A stretch of DNA of 64,000 nt from the NCBI GenBank assembly GCA_002633005.1, contig NMRA01000001.1:376625-440624 (forward strand), in the 5' to 3' direction. Source of the DNA: Phoronis australis (Eukaryota; Animalia; Phoronida). Made by a program: the position numbers and the translations under genes. Of this stretch, positions 59,596 through 64,000 are shown piece after piece (within the stretch, counting starts at the first letter, position 1; the number at the start of each line of letters is the position of its first letter). Under the pieces are notes generated by a model, which saw nothing but the letters and a program-made list of their open reading frames with translations, had not been told where the DNA came from and did no database searches.

Positions 59596-62500
59596 CTGCA
59601 AAAGTTTGACAAACGTCAATGATCGCAAGCATGGCAAGTCGAAGCACAAAAATTGTGCTGAGGTCAGCAAAGAAATTGTCAAAGACTGCACAAGAATGAA
59701 AAAGCTTCTTGCGTGAAATTTGCAGAACTTTAAGAGAATCTGGAAAAGCAAAAAAGTAAATAACCAAAGACTGCATAAGAATGGTAAAGCCGTTTGCATT
59801 AAATTCGTAGAATTTTGAAAGAAAATGCAGAAAAGCAAAGAGTGTAATTACGTTTTATAGAACCAAGTGGAACGATGAATAACATACTATTTAAAAGCCT
59901 AAAAGCTGTCTTGTACTTACAAAGGGTTTGACTAACCCGACTAAATTCACTAAATAGTCTTAGTCGAAGACTTAAGGCAACAAAAATATTTAAAATCTTC
60001 TGACAGCTTTCAACTAATGTCGTCAAAGGACTGAATTATACAACGTTTTCAACAAATCTGAATTTCATGCTGTCACTATGTAATTACTGATAGGTGACAC
60101 TAGTACAGTAACTCCAAACTAATTACGAAAACAAACTAAAATCAATTACTCAACAGCACGCAGTTAACTATTGAATTACCCACAATGCATCACTCATTCA
60201 ATAGTGAATATCACGCTGTAATTCTTCAACACAAATCAATCTACATGTGTACTTTATTAGTGCAAACAAACTAAATAACACTGTGAAAACACAAACTCGT
60301 GTCTACTAGCAAGTCAAATCTCACGAAACCGCCCAGATCTAACGAAATGCCCAGGTCACGAAATGCCTTTGACAGAATCATTTTTAGACCATCTTCATGA
60401 AAAATGAATATGATGAACACAGCTTTCAGAAGCTGCCTTCGATTGATAAACAGCTTCAAAATGTCCACTGTATCACAATACAATTTAGCTCAAATACAAA
60501 CTGATGCTATAATTTAGAACTGAACAGGAATTGTATTGTCATCAAGTCGCAGTTAGTTTCGCATCTGTTAAAAGTGAAAGTTGAGGTTTGACTTGAGGAT
60601 AATAGATTACATGCAACAATGATTAGAGACACGTTCAAACACAGGTACATAACATATATCAAACATTTCATAAGACTATAATATAAACTTCTTAAAGAGA
60701 TCATGCACAGATGAATACTCATGCTTTCAGAAGACAAATTATAAGTTTTTACATGAGAAACAATCCTACGTCATGCGCAATCCAGAAATGATATCAGTGT
60801 TTAATATTCAACACAGAGACAATGGAGGATTGTATTACCTTTCTCAAAAATTGAGCTCAGGAGATTTTGAAAGGAAAAATACAAAAAGCCACAATGAGAC
60901 GTGAGGCGACAATTACTCTACAAAAATGATCTGTTTCCAAAATCTGCAATTTGCAATATGCGTACTATCACTATCAACCCCAGGAGAGAGAACGGAGATT
61001 GTTGGAACTTTCGACTAATTGTTTCACAACAAACTCACCAAATTTGGTGTACAAAACAAAAAAATGACCCCATGATCAAAAATGATGAGTAAGTCCAAGA
61101 AAAATGTTACAAATGAAATCCCAATACTCGCGCTTATTTTCGTCTTGTTTTAAGCCTTCAACACACCCAAAGCAATGCAAATGAAATAATTTGGAAACAG
61201 GTCTGAAATTCTTAATTTCGTTTGTTTTTGAACAGAGCAATTTTGTAGAGATTAAGTGTAGTGCAAATATCCTAGTAAATGACACAACATACAAAAACAT
61301 AATTTTGTTAACTTATGAATCATTGTTTTTAAAACCATGGTGGTAAGATCGGAACAAACAAGAGCACTGGATCAAGGCAAAAACATTATTTTAAGAAATA
61401 AAGTTGATATGTACGTGTCATTTACTCGGAACAGTACAGTTTGACAATGGCACAACAACTTGCGAAGGATAACATCAAAATGACGACAAGAATAAGACGA
61501 ACATCCTGTGGAGAGAGATAAATATTTAAGCGTAAAATATTTACTGATAAAACAAAGCACAAAAACTAAAGCGAAATAAAAAAATAAAAAACTAAGCTAA
61601 ATTTAGAACTCGAGGTTATGACTATGGTTTTCAAACTAAGAGATATAAAATACAAAAAGGCAATAAAATTAGTACAGCAAATAATGCTACACAGCGTGAT
61701 GGATGGGTACACCTCTGGTGGATGCATCTTATTATCACTGAGGTCAAAGTCAGCTCAGATATCCCTAATTGTCAAATAACTTTCGAAGGCCAGCCACTAC
61801 TGGCTTTATGAAAAACTACAAACATTTTACTTCACTTGTCTGCAATACTGGGATATTTTGGTGATATTAAAGCTAACTGGAAAGCGTGCATTGAAGTCTC
61901 TAAATGTAAACTTCCCATACATAGACACTCATAAATCAACATCAGAGTACAAATCTACCAATGCCTCGACACCTGCAACCTCGTAATAATAGTGATGATG
62001 AATAGGTTAGTGTTATTCTAGTCAAGTCACATGTTGGAAGAAAAAATAACATAACAATCTAATTTTGGGTGACTTCCTTGGAAAAACACACGCTACTATG
62101 ACCGCGAACAAACTAATATGTCAACGCCAATGCGAGGTTGTAAGCAATGCTTTTAAATTGTCTACATGGATCTAAATTTATACGGGATCCTTTGTCAGGT
62201 CTAATGTATTCACTTGAAACCTTCGAAATGAGTTTGTAAACTCCTGAGATTGGTGCTTTTAGGGCACATGTCAGAAACGACAACTACCATAGCTAGACCA
62301 ATATGTCTTCATTGAATCAGAGTCAAATATAAATTAAAATTTAAATTGAAATTATACAAATTAAAAGGATTTTGTATATTAGCAATCACAAGTGTAATGA
62401 AACTTGGCTCACATATGTCAACATTAGCTCCGTCCTGACTTAATTTATTTTTAATTTTGAATAATGAAAACAAATATTTCTAAAAACAACTTAAATTTGT

Positions 62501-64000
62501 TACCAAGCTCTAACAAAATTCTTACAACTCGGTGTCTACATTATATTGCAATTTTAGAAGAGTTAAACAAAAAGGAAATTGAGTCCTGTCAATGCAGGAT
62601 CATTAAATAAAATCATCACTAAAACCTCAAACTCAACAAGACTTTTCAATGACAAAAGTGTTCACCAAATATTATTTACAAGAATCACATTTCTAAACAA
62701 TATCACGACACATATATTCATTTGATTAACTTCACATTTAAAACAGTTTTTGTTGCCACGCAATCTGCAGTCTGTAATTTCCTAACAGAACACTATATGC
62801 TAATCTGTACAAACACTTTGGCTGGCTCTTTTTTTAAATAAAGGTACATAGGTAATGGGAAGACTATATCTTTGAGGGGGTATTCCAAATAGACTTTCAA
62901 ATACGAAGACCCTGTTACAGGGCCTGGTTAACAAAGAAGGTATTCACCTGGGAACAATCCCAGGTAAACAATCCGGGTAAACACCTGTGCTAAGAGAGGT
63001 ATAGGCTATTGACAGACCTATTAGCTAGCCCTATGCAAGTGCCTTAGCGCTTTTGTTGCCTATTTCAACATAATTAAGCTCAATGTGGCAGGGTTGCCTG
63101 TTTGTAGCAACGCCTGATATTTATTTGAGCTGTTAGTAACTTGGAAGTGGATTAGCAGGTCAAATGACCAACCTTGAGTCTCTAACACAATTGTATTGAC
63201 ATAATAGTCGTTTGACTATTCACCGTGATGCGAGACACAGAGTGCATTGCCCAACGCTCATCTTTTAGAGAAACGTAGGAAAGCTACTTCGGTGGAATGC
63301 ATAAAATTCTGACATGCTGACCACCAGAGCAGCGGCACAATTTAAAGATACACAAGACAAGTTCTTGGAGACAAGAAAAGTAGACCACTGGTGGCACAAT
63401 CATAATTTAAAGTTACACAAGTCGAGTTCCTGGAAAGTAACCCGCGACACGTGATTACAATGAAATCAGGTGCCTAATCGCTCACTGTGGGTGGCATACA
63501 ATAAAAATTTGCGCAAGTCAGATTCAACTGAGTCAAGAGACTATCCACAAAAACACGCTCACATTTACGAAAATAAACTAAGCGTGTTTTGAAAAAAATA
63601 TACCAATCTGAGAGTGCTGCAATATCCAGCTGTTATGGTGAACTATGGCTTTCATACAGCACAGAGACGTAGTCGCTGCATGGCTGCATGACAACAAAGC
63701 GTTAACTATTTATTCCTTTTGCCTAATAGTGACATATTCAACACCATTTAATGCACTACGAACCATGTTCTGAAGACAAAACATCAACTTTTTCTCAGGT
63801 GTATTTGGCCGTCCAAAACAAAGCCATCGCATTCTTATCCTTTGTTTGAACTTAAGTGATAAAAGCCCCCAAGTGTCTTGGTGATTGAAAGTAACTCGCT
63901 ATGACAAACAACTTAACTTAATGAGCTCAATCTGAAGCATGACCTATGACCTGTCAATCATCTCAAACCTAGAAATCATTTTAATCTGAGGAAGAAACCA

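Noticed and set aside
59596-64000. Domain I exons of the channel
   Set aside because: No S6/pore-like peptide with splice sites was found; the region appears intronic

Overview
AT-rich, intron-rich eukaryotic (metazoan, most likely invertebrate bilaterian) DNA. No prokaryotic features, CRISPR array, rRNA or tRNA were seen. Two convergent spliced genes were reconstructed by hand from GT..AG junctions and reading-frame phase. (1) On the + strand is a complete KHDC4/BLOM7/KIAA0907 orthologue: 20 coding exons over 2309-25835, about 988 aa, with a greatly expanded P/Q/S/A-rich region built from phase-1 symmetric exons. (2) On the - strand is the 3' part (I-II linker to C-terminus, 59595-31333) of a four-domain voltage-gated sodium-channel-family alpha subunit. 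Its visible filter residues are E(II)-E(III)-A(IV), i.e. Nav2/DEEA type; domain I lies beyond the window. The most notable observation is not in the ORF track: a tandemly duplicated, strongly diverged and apparently mutually exclusive exon pair encoding domain II S4-S5-turret (49865-50055 and 49024-49217). There are also candidate in-frame micro-exons (21 nt in IVS3; 33 and 39 nt in the I-II linker). No III-IV inactivation-linker exon is visible; it is probably lost in a 143-N gap. Introns carry minisatellites (including about 74 identical 42-bp units that create the spurious 1000-aa ORFs), MITEs, a Helentron/HINE-like repeat with CTCF-like motifs, fold-backs and clusters of nuclear-receptor half-sites. 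No wholly new system can be demonstrated from sequence alone; the best lead is a splicing-diversified Nav2 channel.
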